This document shows positions 9,229-18,670 of a DNA stretch of 64,000 nucleotides, piece after piece. The translations under genes and the position numbers were made by a program. The stretch covers positions 140,521 through 204,520 of the forward strand of contig JAMOPO010000052.1 in the NCBI GenBank assembly GCA_027064425.1, given 5' to 3'. The notes below the pieces were generated by a model that saw only the letters and a list, made by a program, of their open reading frames with translations, was not told the DNA's origin and did no database searches. Position 1 is the stretch's first letter; the number at the start of each line of letters is the position of its first letter. The DNA is from Methanobacteriota archaeon (lineage in GTDB: Archaea > JAADCQ01 > Methanopyri > Methanopyrales > Methanopyraceae).

Positions 9229-10101
9229 ATGTCCGGCGAGCGCCGGGAGTACCGGCTGATCCCGGTGAGGGATAAGTACTGGCGGGTAGGCTCCGGGGCG
9301 TTGAAAAACGCGTTGACGGCGCTCGAGGGGGTTGAGCTGCGGGACGGGGACGTGCTGCTGGTCTCCGAGAAGGCGGTGGCCGTGGCCGAGGGAGAGCTCA
9401 TCGACGAGCGCGAGTACGAGCCCGGTCCCCTGGCCAAGCTGCTGGTGACCCTGTGGATGAGGATCGTCTGGGGGCGGATACTGGGGCCGCTGCTGGGACC
9501 GCTGATGGATCCGCCGCTGCGCGAGGAGACCATCCGGAACTTTCGACGCTATCCGAAGCGGGAGGGAGCGATGCACAAGCAGATGATCCTTGAGGAGTTC
9601 GGCCTGCTTCACGCGCTGGAGCCGGTATCGGAGGCCGGCTGCGACGTGGGGAACGTCCCGGGGTACTTCGCCGCGCCCGTCCCGGCCTCGGCCGACCGGT
9701 TCGCGCGACGCTTGAGGGAGCGGCTGCGCGAGGACCGCGGGGTGGACGTGTCCGTCGTCGTGGGAGACACCGACAAGACGTACGAGCTCTTCGGTGTACT
9801 CTTCACGACGATCGCTCGGGCGCACCCGGAGATAATCTCCGGGACGGGCGTCCTAGGGTTCCTAATCGGCCGACTCCTGGCGCGAACCCTGGGCCCGACG
9901 CCCGTCGCCATCGCGGGCGACGTGGAGGTCCGGGAGGCGATTCGGCTCCTGAAAGAGGCCGAGCGGGTCCGGACGAAGGGGGCGGGGCGCACGGTCTACG
10001 ACGCGCTGGACGAGGTGGGCGACCCGGGGCGCCTCGACGAGGACTTCCTGAACAGGTTCGAGCACGTGCCGATCGTGGTGGCTCGCCCCGTCAGCCGGTG
10101 A
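9229..10101 (+). CDS. F420-0:gamma-glutamyl ligase (CofE)-like protein
   Basis: DGDVLLVSEKAVAVAEG, GCDVGNVPG, VVVGDTD, TPVAI. Start re-called at ATG 9229. Confidence 0.8.
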   Translation: MSGERREYRLIPVRDKYWRVGSGALKNALTALEGVELRDGDVLLVSEKAVAVAEGELIDEREYEPGPLAKLLVTLWMRIVWGRILGPLLGPLMDPPLREETIRNFRRYPKREGAMHKQMILEEFGLLHALEPVSEAGCDVGNVPGYFAAPVPASADRFARRLRERLREDRGVDVSVVVGDTDKTYELFGVLFTTIARAHPEIISGTGVLGFLIGRLLARTLGPTPVAIAGDVEVREAIRLLKEAERVRTKGAGRTVYDALDEVGDPGRLDEDFLNRFEHVPIVVARPVSR

Positions 10102-10681
10102 GCTTCAGCCCGTACTTCTCGATCTTCTCCGCGACCTTCCGTGCCGCCTTCTCCGGCTCGTCCTCGGTCTTCGCGCCCGTGCACACGGCCTTACCCGAGT
10201 AGAACAGGAGCATCGCCACGTCGGGCTCCTTGAGCCGCAGCACCAGGCCGGGGAACTGCTCGGGCTCGTACTCGATGCCCTCCACGTCCTCGTCCTCCGT
10301 GAGCACCTCCGCGATCATGTCCAGGTCCAGCGAGACGTTGAAGTCAATCGAGGCCACGATGTTCTGGATCTCGATCTCGGGCTCGCCCTCGAACTCGACC
10401 CCGCACTTCTTCTCCAGGTCCTCCCGCACCCGCTCCACGCTCTCGTAGATCTGCTCCCTGGTCTTGGCCCCGGTGCAGACCATCTTTCCGGACCGGAAGA
10501 TCAGCACCACGGTGCCGATGTCCTCCAACCGGTAAACGAGGCCCGGGAACTGCTCAGGCTCGTACTCACCCTGCAGGATCACGGAGCACTCGTCCAGGTT
10601 AACTTCACCCTTCAGATCCACCGAGGCCACGATGTTCTGGATGTCTACCTCGGGCTCGATTTCCTTCGATTCTTCCGCCAT
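10091..10681 (-). CDS. tbp: TATA-box binding protein
   Basis: Two repeats of IQNIVAS..YEPEQFPGLV..LIF.SGK.VCTGAK. Confidence 0.97.
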   Translation of the reverse strand: MAEESKEIEPEVDIQNIVASVDLKGEVNLDECSVILQGEYEPEQFPGLVYRLEDIGTVVLIFRSGKMVCTGAKTREQIYESVERVREDLEKKCGVEFEGEPEIEIQNIVASIDFNVSLDLDMIAEVLTEDEDVEGIEYEPEQFPGLVLRLKEPDVAMLLFYSGKAVCTGAKTEDEPEKAARKVAEKIEKYGLKLTG

Positions 10682-11636
10682 TGGGAGGGGACCCCCCATC
10701 GCATGGTAGTGCCGGGACCGGCTCGCCCTCCAAATACCTCAGCCCCAGCAGGCACAGCCCTCGCGCCTCGAGGTCCTCACCCGCGAAGACGGCCACCTCG
10801 CCACCCCACAGCTCCGACACCCTCCGTTTTAAAAGTTCGTTTTTAACACCACCGCCCGAGAGCACCAGCAGGTCCGCGTCGAACCGGGACGCGTTCCTCA
10901 CGATCGTCTCCGCCACCAGCTCGGTCACCGTCCGCAGCGCGTCCTCCGGCTCCCCCTCGAACTCGGAGAGCACGGGCTTCAGCAGCCGCTCCTGCTCCGG
11001 CGGAACGACGCCTAGACTGCCCTTGACCGGGCCGAACACCGGCTGACCGTCCGCCTCCAACCCCTCCAGCCTCCGCCTCAGCCCTCCGTCCACCTCGCCC
11101 CGGGCCGCGGCCCGCCCGCCCTCGTCGTACTCCTCCCCCAGCAGCTCCCGGGCCGCCAGATCGATGGGAAAGGTGCCGGGGCACACGACCGCCTTCCCGA
11201 AGTCCGGGTCGCCGCCCTCGATCGGCGTCACGACCGCCATCGCGCCCACGTCCACGTGCACGCAGTCCGGGTACTCCTCCGCCACGCAGTACGGCGCGCC
11301 CACGGCGTCACCGTCCGGGGCTCCCCACGGGTCCCCGTACACCGCCAGCGTGGGCACGCCCGTCCGCTCGTGGATCATCGGTCCCAGGATCAGACCCAGC
11401 TCGTCCACGATCGTGCCCACGACGACCAGGTCCGGATCCACCTCCCGGACCCGGCGGACGACCCGGGGGGCGATCTCGCGGCGCAGCGCGCGCCGGCTCT
11501 CCTCGAGCGGGAACACGCACGAGATCTTGCCGAAGACCCCCTCCTCCCGGGCCACGATCTCCCACTCGCCCCGCTCGTTCATCAAGCAGTAGTCCGTGCC
11601 CGTGTTCCCCAGCTGAACCCCCAGCACCCGGACCAA
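10605..11636 (-). CDS. ASKHA-superfamily kinase (AnmK-like; resembles M. kandleri MK0840)
   Basis: VLGVQLGNTGTD (phosphate 1), VDVGAMA (phosphate 2), LSGGGVKN (adenosine motif), YDEGG..A..G.V as in AnmK. Confidence 0.7.
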   Translation of the reverse strand: MVRVLGVQLGNTGTDYCLMNERGEWEIVAREEGVFGKISCVFPLEESRRALRREIAPRVVRRVREVDPDLVVVGTIVDELGLILGPMIHERTGVPTLAVYGDPWGAPDGDAVGAPYCVAEEYPDCVHVDVGAMAVVTPIEGGDPDFGKAVVCPGTFPIDLAARELLGEEYDEGGRAAARGEVDGGLRRRLEGLEADGQPVFGPVKGSLGVVPPEQERLLKPVLSEFEGEPEDALRTVTELVAETIVRNASRFDADLLVLSGGGVKNELLKRRVSELWGGEVAVFAGEDLEARGLCLLGLRYLEGEPVPALPCDGGSPPNGGRIEGNRARGRHPEHRGLGGSEG

Positions 11637-11713
11637 GCGCGCCGGCCCCCTTCCCGATGACGATTTAAGAGCAGTGAAACCCCGGCCGGGGTCCGGAAAC
11701 GGGGGCGGATCGC

Positions 11714-12193
11714 TTGACGAGGACGAAGAAGTGGCATTACTCGATTCCACCCGAGGAGCTGGACGAGGACCGCACCGCCAAGGCCTTCATCCGCGAGCTG
11801 AGGATCTCGCCCAAGCACGCCCGCGAGATCTGCCGGGCCATCCGCGGCAAGCCGCTCGACGAGGCCAAGGAGTTCCTGAAGCGCGTGATCCGGAAGGAGG
11901 AGGCGGTGCCCTTCAGGAAGCACAAAAAGAAGGTTCCGCACCGCCGGCAGATCCGGCCGGGATGGGACGCCGGTAGGTTCCCGCAGAAGGCCGCGCGCGA
12001 GATCCTACGGGTCCTGGAGCACGCGGAGGCCAACGCCGAGCAGAAGGGCCTGGACACGGACCGCCTCTACATAAAGCACATAGCGGCGCACAAGGGCCGC
12101 GTGATCCGCGGCTGGATCCCGCGAGCCTTCGGGCGAGCGACCCCGTTCAACACGCCCACCACGCACATCGAGGTGATCCTGGAGGAGCGCTAG
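11714..12193 (+). CDS. rpl22: 50S ribosomal protein L22 (uL22)
   Basis: [38 protein letters not shown]. Confidence 0.97.
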   Translation: MTRTKKWHYSIPPEELDEDRTAKAFIRELRISPKHAREICRAIRGKPLDEAKEFLKRVIRKEEAVPFRKHKKKVPHRRQIRPGWDAGRFPQKAAREILRVLEHAEANAEQKGLDTDRLYIKHIAAHKGRVIRGWIPRAFGRATPFNTPTTHIEVILEER

Positions 12194-12207
12194 GGGGAGC
12201 CCCCGCC

Positions 12208-12924
12208 ATGGTGATGTACGGTGAGAACGTCCCGGTGCACAAGAAGTTCGTGCAGTACGGCATGCTGAAGACCGAGCTGGACGAGTACCTGGAGAAGGAG
12301 CTGGATCGCGCCGGTTACGGCGGGATGCGGCTCCAGCGCGTGCCGAACGCGACCAAGATCATCGCGTACGTCGAGCGGCCGGCCATCGCCATCGGTCGCC
12401 GCGGGCGCAACATCCGCCGCATCGAGGAGGAGGTGCAGGAGAAGTTCCCGCTCCTGGGCCGCGTCACGATCGAGGTCAAGGAGATCCCAGTACCGGAGCT
12501 CAACCCACGCGTCGTCGCCCGCCGGCTCGCGTCCGCGATCGAGCGCGGCGTCCACTTCCGTCGTGCGGCCTACGGCGCCCTGCGTCGCATCATGAACGCG
12601 GGTGCCAAGGGCGCGCTCATCAAGCTCTCGGGCAAGCTGATCGGCGCTCGGGCCCGGACGGAGAAGTTCATGGACGGCGTGGTCAAGTACTGCGGCGAGC
12701 CCGGTGACGAGTACATGATCGAGGGCTACGTCCAGGCGATCACCAAGCCGGGAGCCATTGGCGTTACCGTAAAGATCATGCCACCCGACGTGGAACTGCC
12801 GGACGAGATCGAGGTCAAGCCGCCGGAGGAGGTGGAGGACAAGCTGAAGGAGCTCGTCGGCGAAAAGGCCGAGGAGGAGAGCGAGGAGGAGAAGCCGGAG
12901 GAGTCCGAGGAGGGGGAGGAGTAG
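12208..12924 (+). CDS. rps3: 30S ribosomal protein S3 (uS3)
   Basis: KH domain AIGRRGRNI; HFRRAAY, GAKG..I.LSGKL. Confidence 0.97.
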   Translation: MVMYGENVPVHKKFVQYGMLKTELDEYLEKELDRAGYGGMRLQRVPNATKIIAYVERPAIAIGRRGRNIRRIEEEVQEKFPLLGRVTIEVKEIPVPELNPRVVARRLASAIERGVHFRRAAYGALRRIMNAGAKGALIKLSGKLIGARARTEKFMDGVVKYCGEPGDEYMIEGYVQAITKPGAIGVTVKIMPPDVELPDEIEVKPPEEVEDKLKELVGEKAEEESEEEKPEESEEGEE

Positions 12925-12927
12925 CCC

Positions 12928-13161
12928 ATGGGCAAGTACAAGCTGCACTCGGACGACATCCGCGAGATGTCCCCGGAGGAGCGGCGCGAGAAGCTCAAGG
13001 AGCTTAAGGCGGAGCTGCTCAAGGAGATGACCTCCAAGTCCGTCGCCGGCGTCCCGGAGAATCCCGGGAGGGTAAGAGAAATAAAGAAGAACATCGCCAG
13101 AATTCTCACGATAGAGCGCGAGGAGGAGCTTAAGAAAATCCGAGAGGCCGAAAAACGCTGA
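12928..13161 (+). CDS. rpl29: 50S ribosomal protein L29 (uL29)
   Basis: IREMS..E..ENPGRVREIKKNIARILT; position in the S10-type operon. Confidence 0.95.
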   Translation: MGKYKLHSDDIREMSPEERREKLKELKAELLKEMTSKSVAGVPENPGRVREIKKNIARILTIEREEELKKIREAEKR

Positions 13162-13179
13162 GGGGAAGGCCCCGGAAAG

Positions 13180-13500
13180 ATGCAGGACGAAGACGTCTGC
13201 CCCGTTTGCGGACTTCCGAAGGAGCTCTGTGTTTGTGAGGAGGTCTCTAAGGAGACCGTTGAGAAGATCAAGATCTACACGGAGCAGGTCCGGCCCGGCA
13301 AGATCGTCACCATCATCGAGGGCCTCGATGACACGGACGTTGACCTCCAGGAGCTCGCGAGCAAGTTGAAGAAGGAGTGCGCCTGCGGAGGCACCGCCAA
13401 GGAGGGCAAGATCATCCTACAGGGCGATCACCGGAACAAGGTCCGGGAGTACCTGATTAAGAAGGAAGGGTTCCCGGAAGACACCATCGAGGTCTCCTAG
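13180..13500 (+). CDS. Translation initiation factor aIF1 (SUI1 family)
   Basis: CPVCGLPKELCVCE, LKKECACGGT, ILQGDHR. Confidence 0.93.
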   Translation: MQDEDVCPVCGLPKELCVCEEVSKETVEKIKIYTEQVRPGKIVTIIEGLDDTDVDLQELASKLKKECACGGTAKEGKIILQGDHRNKVREYLIKKEGFPEDTIEVS

Positions 13501-14225
13501 CCGGCACCGGCCCTGAGCCCGGCGATGAACACCCTCCTACCAGAGACCTCCCGCGGGAACGCCACCCCAACCTTCACCTTGAACCCCTCTTTCTCCAGGA
13601 ACTTGCCCCGGATCCGGCACACGGTCAGCTGGTGACGCACCGAGTCTTCGGCCCGCTTCAGCTCGCGCTTAAGCCACTCGTACTCGCTTTCTTCTTTCAC
13701 GCCGGGCCGCACCCCTAGTTCGTCTATTATCACCCTAGGGCTCGCCCGCCCGTAGCAGCACGGGACCACCAGTGCGACGCGCGCCCCGAGCTCCCGGGCC
13801 AGCTCCAGCATCCGGTCCGTTAGCGTGCCGCAGAGGTGCAGTCCGACCACGACGTCCGCCCGTTTCACGCTGATCCCGACGCGGCCCGAGACCACCTCGT
13901 GCAGGTCCCACGTCTCGAACCTCAGGTTGCTCACACCCACGGACTCCAGGTACTCCTCCAGGACCGGCCACGACTTGAACTCGCGGACGTCGAACCCCAG
14001 CACCTCGCACGAGGGACACGACAGGGCCATCGCGGCGGTCAGCGCCCCGCGACCGCACCCGGCGTCCACGATCACGTCTCCCGGCCTGACCCACGTGCAC
14101 AGGAGCTCCAGCAGCCTCCCCACCTGCTCCCGCTTACGATGGGCGTCCCGGGCCGAGCTGGGGAACGCCTCTCGAGGCAGGTACAGCCGCTCCTCCCCGT
14201 GGGGGCCACGATACTTGACCTCCAC
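13497..14225 (-). CDS. Class I SAM-dependent methyltransferase
   Basis: HRKREQV, IVDAGCGRGAL, VGLHLCGTLTD, VPCCY (Methyltransf_32-like). Confidence 0.8.
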   Translation of the reverse strand: MEVKYRGPHGEERLYLPREAFPSSARDAHRKREQVGRLLELLCTWVRPGDVIVDAGCGRGALTAAMALSCPSCEVLGFDVREFKSWPVLEEYLESVGVSNLRFETWDLHEVVSGRVGISVKRADVVVGLHLCGTLTDRMLELARELGARVALVVPCCYGRASPRVIIDELGVRPGVKEESEYEWLKRELKRAEDSVRHQLTVCRIRGKFLEKEGFKVKVGVAFPREVSGRRVFIAGLRAGAG

Positions 14226-14469
14226 GGCTCACCCCCCGAGGCCCGAGGACCTCCTTGGCAAAAAATTCAGGGTCGTAAGGGCCCGCTCCCGGCCTCACTA
14301 CGGCACCCGCGGCAGGATCCTTGGCTTCACCAGGAACTGCCTGGTCTACGGCGACCGCCGGGACCAGAAGCTCCTACCGCTCGACGGAGTCATCCTCGAG
14401 GTGGAAACCGAGGAGGGGAGGATCAGGGTGGAGGGGGACCAGCTACTCCGACTCCTTCGCGATCCTTAG
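14215..14469 (+). CDS. rnp1: Divergent RNase P protein Rpp29/Pop4
   Basis: DLLGKKFRVVRA..P..GTRGRI..TRNCLV..KLLP..VEGDQLL fits the Rpp29 pattern; rnp1 normally follows rpl29-aIF1 in archaea. Confidence 0.55.
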   Translation: MTSTAHPPRPEDLLGKKFRVVRARSRPHYGTRGRILGFTRNCLVYGDRRDQKLLPLDGVILEVETEEGRIRVEGDQLLRLLRDP

Positions 14470-15201
14470 CAGCTCAATGGGTACTGGCACGACCAGCGTG
14501 ACGTTCTCCTCCGCGGACACCTCCGAGAGCGTCTGAAGCAGCCGCAGCAGCCCCGGATCCACGCCCAGCTTCTCCGCCGCCTCCTTCAGGTCCTTAGCGG
14601 CCTGGCGCTCGGCCCGGGCCTGGATGATCCTCGCCCGCCGGTCCCGCTCGGCCTCCGCCTGCCGCGCCATCGCCCGCCGCATCTCCTCCGGGAGGACGAC
14701 GTCCCGGATCTCCACGTCCACGATCCTAACGCCCCAGTCCCTCGTCTTCTCGTCGATGATCTCCTTGATCCGCTCGCTCAGCTCCTCCCGCTTGGCCAGC
14801 ACGTCGTCCAGCTCCACCTCGCCCAGGACCGATCGAAGGGTCGTCTGGGCCAGGTTGAACACCGCCCCCTCGTAGTCCCCCACGTTGAGCACCGCGCGGG
14901 CCGGGTCGACCACGCGGTAGTAGATCACGGCGTCCACCTTGATCGGCACGTTGTCCCTCGTGATCACCTCCTGCGGCGGGATCTCCCGGGTGATGACCCG
15001 CAGGTCCACCTTAACCAGCCGGTCGATGACCGGGATGATCAGGTTCAGCCCGGGTGGTCGCGTGCCCACGTACCTGCCCAACCGCAAGAGCACGCCGCGC
15101 TCGTACTCGTTCAACACCCTCACGGACATGGCCAGCAGGACCAGCGCCGCCCCGAGACCGACCGCCAGCCACTTCCACGGGATCGTCGCCCACGAGATCA
15201 T
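14443..15201 (-). CDS. SPFH/band 7 stomatin-like protein
   Basis: EYERGVLLRLG, QEVITRDNV, AQTTLRSVLG, MARQAEAER. Confidence 0.93.
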   Translation of the reverse strand: MISWATIPWKWLAVGLGAALVLLAMSVRVLNEYERGVLLRLGRYVGTRPPGLNLIIPVIDRLVKVDLRVITREIPPQEVITRDNVPIKVDAVIYYRVVDPARAVLNVGDYEGAVFNLAQTTLRSVLGEVELDDVLAKREELSERIKEIIDEKTRDWGVRIVDVEIRDVVLPEEMRRAMARQAEAERDRRARIIQARAERQAAKDLKEAAEKLGVDPGLLRLLQTLSEVSAEENVTLVVPVPIELLRIAKESE

Positions 15202-15635
15202 CGCTCTTTAACCCCCTCCCGCGAGGGTTCCGCCGGCTCGACCTCGAGCCGGCTCCCCAGCACCCTTCTCACGACGACGCGGTCACCCTCGCCGAGATCC
15301 GCCTCGGACACGGCGTCCCAGACCTCGCCTCGCACCTCCACTCGGAGCGGATCCGAGGACACCACCACTCCCTCCTCACCGCGCAGCTGGCTCGCGTCCG
15401 CGGGGCCGCCCTCCGCCGACCCGGCCCGCCGGCGCCCGACCAGTCCCCAAACCTGCATCACCAAGATCAGCGCGCCAGGCGGCCCGGTGACCAGGAGGAG
15501 CTTGGGATCTCGGAGCCAGCTTCCCAGCCATAGGAGCCCGACTCCCACCGCGGAGACGACCCCGGTGTTGGCCAGGCAGTCCGCGGCGATCATGGTCCCA
15601 CCCGAAAGCATGAGGACGTGCGGGAGCCAGTCCAC
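15198..15635 (-). CDS. NfeD-like membrane protein (stomatin partner)
   Basis: TM helices then VEVRGEVWDAVS OB-fold; directly upstream of stomatin. Confidence 0.8.
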   Translation of the reverse strand: MDWLPHVLMLSGGTMIAADCLANTGVVSAVGVGLLWLGSWLRDPKLLLVTGPPGALILVMQVWGLVGRRRAGSAEGGPADASQLRGEEGVVVSSDPLRVEVRGEVWDAVSEADLGEGDRVVVRRVLGSRLEVEPAEPSREGVKER

Positions 15636-15692
15636 GGCCCGGACCCCGCTACCTCTATTTCCACTACGAGCGTGAACCGAGTGGGGAGCACC

Positions 15693-17003
15693 GTGGACGT
15701 CATCGTGGGTGCCGGTCCGGCGGGGCGGACCTGCGCGCTAGTGCTGGGCCGGGCGGGTAGAAAAGTCCTGCTAATTGACCGGAAGGGTAAGAAGGGGGTC
15801 GGTGGGAAGTGCCTCAACGAGGCGTGCATGGTGGTGGGCGCGCTGGTCGAGGTCGCGCGGTTGGTGGCCTGGTCCAGGCTGGGGATCCCCGGGGTTGAGC
15901 TGTCGGTGGACGTGGATTACAGGGAGCTGACGCGCGGGGTGAAAAAGACGCTCGCCAAGATCAGGTCCAAGCTGCTCAGGGAGGTGCGAGACGCCGGCGT
16001 CGAGGTGGTCAGGGGCGAGGTGGATCGGGTCGAGGAGGGTCCGGCGGTTCGGGTGAACGGTGAGCGGCTGGAGGCGGATCACGTCCTCCTCGCGACCGGC
16101 TCCGTGCCCAAGGTCCCCGACGTGGACGGCGTGGAGCTGGACGACGTGGTGACCTACCGGGAGCTCTTGGACATCGACCTCCCGGGAGAGGCGTGCGTGG
16201 TCGGGGGCGGCCCGACGGCCCTGGAGCTAGCGTTCGTCTTCGCGGCGCTCGGGTCCGAGGTCACCCTGACCTACCGGTCGCAGCTGCTGCCGGGCTACCC
16301 GCGTGAGGTGGTCAAGGAGGCGGTCCGGGACCTGAAGTTGGTCGGCGTCGAGGTGGTGCGCGGGGGCGAGCTGAGGGAGATCCGGGAGACGACCAACGGG
16401 CTGGAGTGCGAGTTCGAGTGCGGCTTCGTGGTGGCGGACGTCGTGCTGCTGGGCACGGGGCTGCGCCCGAACTCCGAGGTGGCGGCCAGGTCCGGGATCG
16501 AGGTGGGTGAGGATGGGGAGGTCGTGGTTGACGACCGGATGAGGACCTCCATGCCGGGGGTGTACGCGGCGGGCGACGTCACCGGCCCTCCCTACCTGGC
16601 CCCGGTGGCGAGGTACGAGGGGCTGGTGGCGGCCCTGAACATGCTCGGGCGCGATGCGCGGCGCGAGCACCCCTCAATACCTCGGGTCGTGAGACTCTTC
16701 CGCGACATCGGGCGCACGGAGGTTAAGGCGGCGTGGGAGGGGCGTCGCGAGGCTCCGGCCGGCGGCTCGGCCTTCTGGCTGTTCGCCCGCGGGTTTGAGG
16801 GGAAGCTGGTGGGGAGAAGGAGAGGCAAGACGTCCGAGCTGTTCACGGTGGGCCCGAACGCGTCGGAGTTCCTCCACTACGCCGGCCTCGTGCTGGACGA
16901 GAACTCCGGCGGATCGGAGGTCATCGAGGTGCACCCGACGGCCGATCCCGTCATCCACCTGGTGAAGGAGCTCAGGCTGGAGGACCTAATGAACCGCTCT
17001 TAA
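15693..17003 (+). CDS. Pyridine nucleotide-disulfide oxidoreductase (dihydrolipoamide dehydrogenase family)
   Basis: GAGPAG, GGKCLNEAC redox motif, LATGS, VYAAGD, HPT. Start could be 15672. Confidence 0.88.
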   Translation: MDVIVGAGPAGRTCALVLGRAGRKVLLIDRKGKKGVGGKCLNEACMVVGALVEVARLVAWSRLGIPGVELSVDVDYRELTRGVKKTLAKIRSKLLREVRDAGVEVVRGEVDRVEEGPAVRVNGERLEADHVLLATGSVPKVPDVDGVELDDVVTYRELLDIDLPGEACVVGGGPTALELAFVFAALGSEVTLTYRSQLLPGYPREVVKEAVRDLKLVGVEVVRGGELREIRETTNGLECEFECGFVVADVVLLGTGLRPNSEVAARSGIEVGEDGEVVVDDRMRTSMPGVYAAGDVTGPPYLAPVARYEGLVAALNMLGRDARREHPSIPRVVRLFRDIGRTEVKAAWEGRREAPAGGSAFWLFARGFEGKLVGRRRGKTSELFTVGPNASEFLHYAGLVLDENSGGSEVIEVHPTADPVIHLVKELRLEDLMNRS

Positions 17004-18658
17004 CCCTCCGGGAGCAGGTTCCTGGCCCTCTCCAGGTCCTCCTCGGTCACCTTCGGGAACACGGGCTCCGGCTCGGGTATCGAGCCGGCGCGCACGTCCC
17101 GGAGCGCCTCCTCCCACTCCTGATCGTGAACCGAGCTCTCGTAACCCAGGCTCCGCCACAGCTTGTCCGCGCTCTCCGGTAGGAACGGGGCCAGCATCAC
17201 GGCTAGCGCCTTCACGATCCTCGCGCAGCCCTTCAGGACGCGCCTGCACTCCTCCGGGTCCTCCTTCCGCAGGTTCCACGGCTCCCGCTCCTGGAAGTAC
17301 TCGTTCCCGAAGCTGGACAGGTCCAGGACCGCGTACAGTGCCTCCCGGAACTTGAAGTCCTCCAGCAGCTCCGTCACCCGCTCATGGTGCTCCTCGATCT
17401 CCTCGACGACCTCCTCCTCCGCCTCCACGCCCGGAATCTCACCGTCCAGGAACCGGTGGATGAACGAGAGCGTGCGGTACGCGAAGTTGCCCAGGTTGGC
17501 GATCAGCTCGTTGTTGATCTTGTCGCGGAACTCGTCCCAGGAGAAGTCCGCGTCCTTCGTCAGCGGGCTCATCGTGATCAGGTAGTACCGCAGGTAGTCC
17601 GCCGGGAACAGCTCCACGAAGTCTCGCACCCAGACGACCCAGCCCCGACTGGTGCTCATCTTCCGACCCTCGAGGGTCAGGTACTCACCCGCCACGACCG
17701 TGTGCGGCAGGTTCGCACCGACGCCCATCAGCATGGCCGGCCAGAACAGGACGTGGTGCACGATGATGTCCTTCCCGATGAAGTGGATGATCTTAGTGTC
17801 ACCATCGAACCAGTACTCCCTCCAGTCCCGACCCTCCCGCTCGCAGTACTGCTTCGTGAACGTGACGTACCCGATCGGTGCGTCGAACCACACGTAAAAC
17901 ACCTTGTCCTCGTAGCCCTCGAGCGGGATGGGCACGCCCCAGTCGATGTCGCGAGTGATGTCCCAGTCTCGGAGCCCCTCCTTAATCCACTCCAGCGCGT
18001 AGTTCCGGACGTTCCTGGGCAGGTTCTCGTTGGACTCTATCCACTCCTTCAGGTCCTCCTCGAACTCGCTGAGCTTGAAGAACAGGTGCTTTACCCTCCG
18101 CACCTCCGGCTCGGAGTTACAGATCACGCACCGCGGGTCCTCGAGCTGCGTGGGCTCGAGGTGCCGCCCGCACGCCTCGCAGTGATCACCCCGCGCTCCC
18201 TCCTCACCGCAGTACGGGCACCGACCCTCCACGTACCGGTCCGGCAGGGGCCGCTCGCACTTCGGGCAGTACAGCTGCTCAACCTCACGCTCCTCGATGT
18301 ACCCCTTCTCGTGCAACCGCTCGAAGAACCAGTGGGTCATCTTCACGTGCTCCTCGTTGAACTCCCGGCACGTGCACGAGAACTCGTCGAACTCAATGTT
18401 CAGCCGCTCCAGGTCCTCCTTGATCCTCTCGTGGTACTTGCGGACGATCTCCTCCGGCTCCTTGCCCTCGAGCTCGGCCTGCAGCGCGATCGGGACCCCG
18501 TGGTTATCCGTGCCGCCGATGTGGACCGCGTCCACGCCTCGCATCTTGAGGAACCGGGTGTACACGTCCGCGGGCAGGTAGGTGCTGCGCACGTGCCCGA
18601 TGTGCAGTGGTCCGTTGGTGTAGGCGAGGGCCGTCGTCACCAGGACCCGCTCGCTCAC
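17000..18658 (-). CDS. metG: Methionyl-tRNA synthetase (no C-terminal tRNA-binding domain)
   Basis: LHIGH, Zn knuckles, YVWFDA, KMSTS. Confidence 0.97.
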   Translation of the reverse strand: MSERVLVTTALAYTNGPLHIGHVRSTYLPADVYTRFLKMRGVDAVHIGGTDNHGVPIALQAELEGKEPEEIVRKYHERIKEDLERLNIEFDEFSCTCREFNEEHVKMTHWFFERLHEKGYIEEREVEQLYCPKCERPLPDRYVEGRCPYCGEEGARGDHCEACGRHLEPTQLEDPRCVICNSEPEVRRVKHLFFKLSEFEEDLKEWIESNENLPRNVRNYALEWIKEGLRDWDITRDIDWGVPIPLEGYEDKVFYVWFDAPIGYVTFTKQYCEREGRDWREYWFDGDTKIIHFIGKDIIVHHVLFWPAMLMGVGANLPHTVVAGEYLTLEGRKMSTSRGWVVWVRDFVELFPADYLRYYLITMSPLTKDADFSWDEFRDKINNELIANLGNFAYRTLSFIHRFLDGEIPGVEAEEEVVEEIEEHHERVTELLEDFKFREALYAVLDLSSFGNEYFQEREPWNLRKEDPEECRRVLKGCARIVKALAVMLAPFLPESADKLWRSLGYESSVHDQEWEEALRDVRAGSIPEPEPVFPKVTEEDLERARNLLPEG

Positions 18659-18670
18659 CTCGCCTCCCCC

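Noticed and set aside
10605-10720. C-to-U mRNA editing as the explanation for missing stops and CTG starts
   Set aside because: No CAA/CAG/CGA codon at the expected end of the ASKHA gene; known Methanopyrus C-to-U editing concerns tRNA position 8.
11655-11720. ATGACGA..GTGA..TTGACGA as a possible C/D sRNA
   Set aside because: No proper D boxes or guide spacing; TTTAAG fits better as the TATA box of the ribosomal operon.
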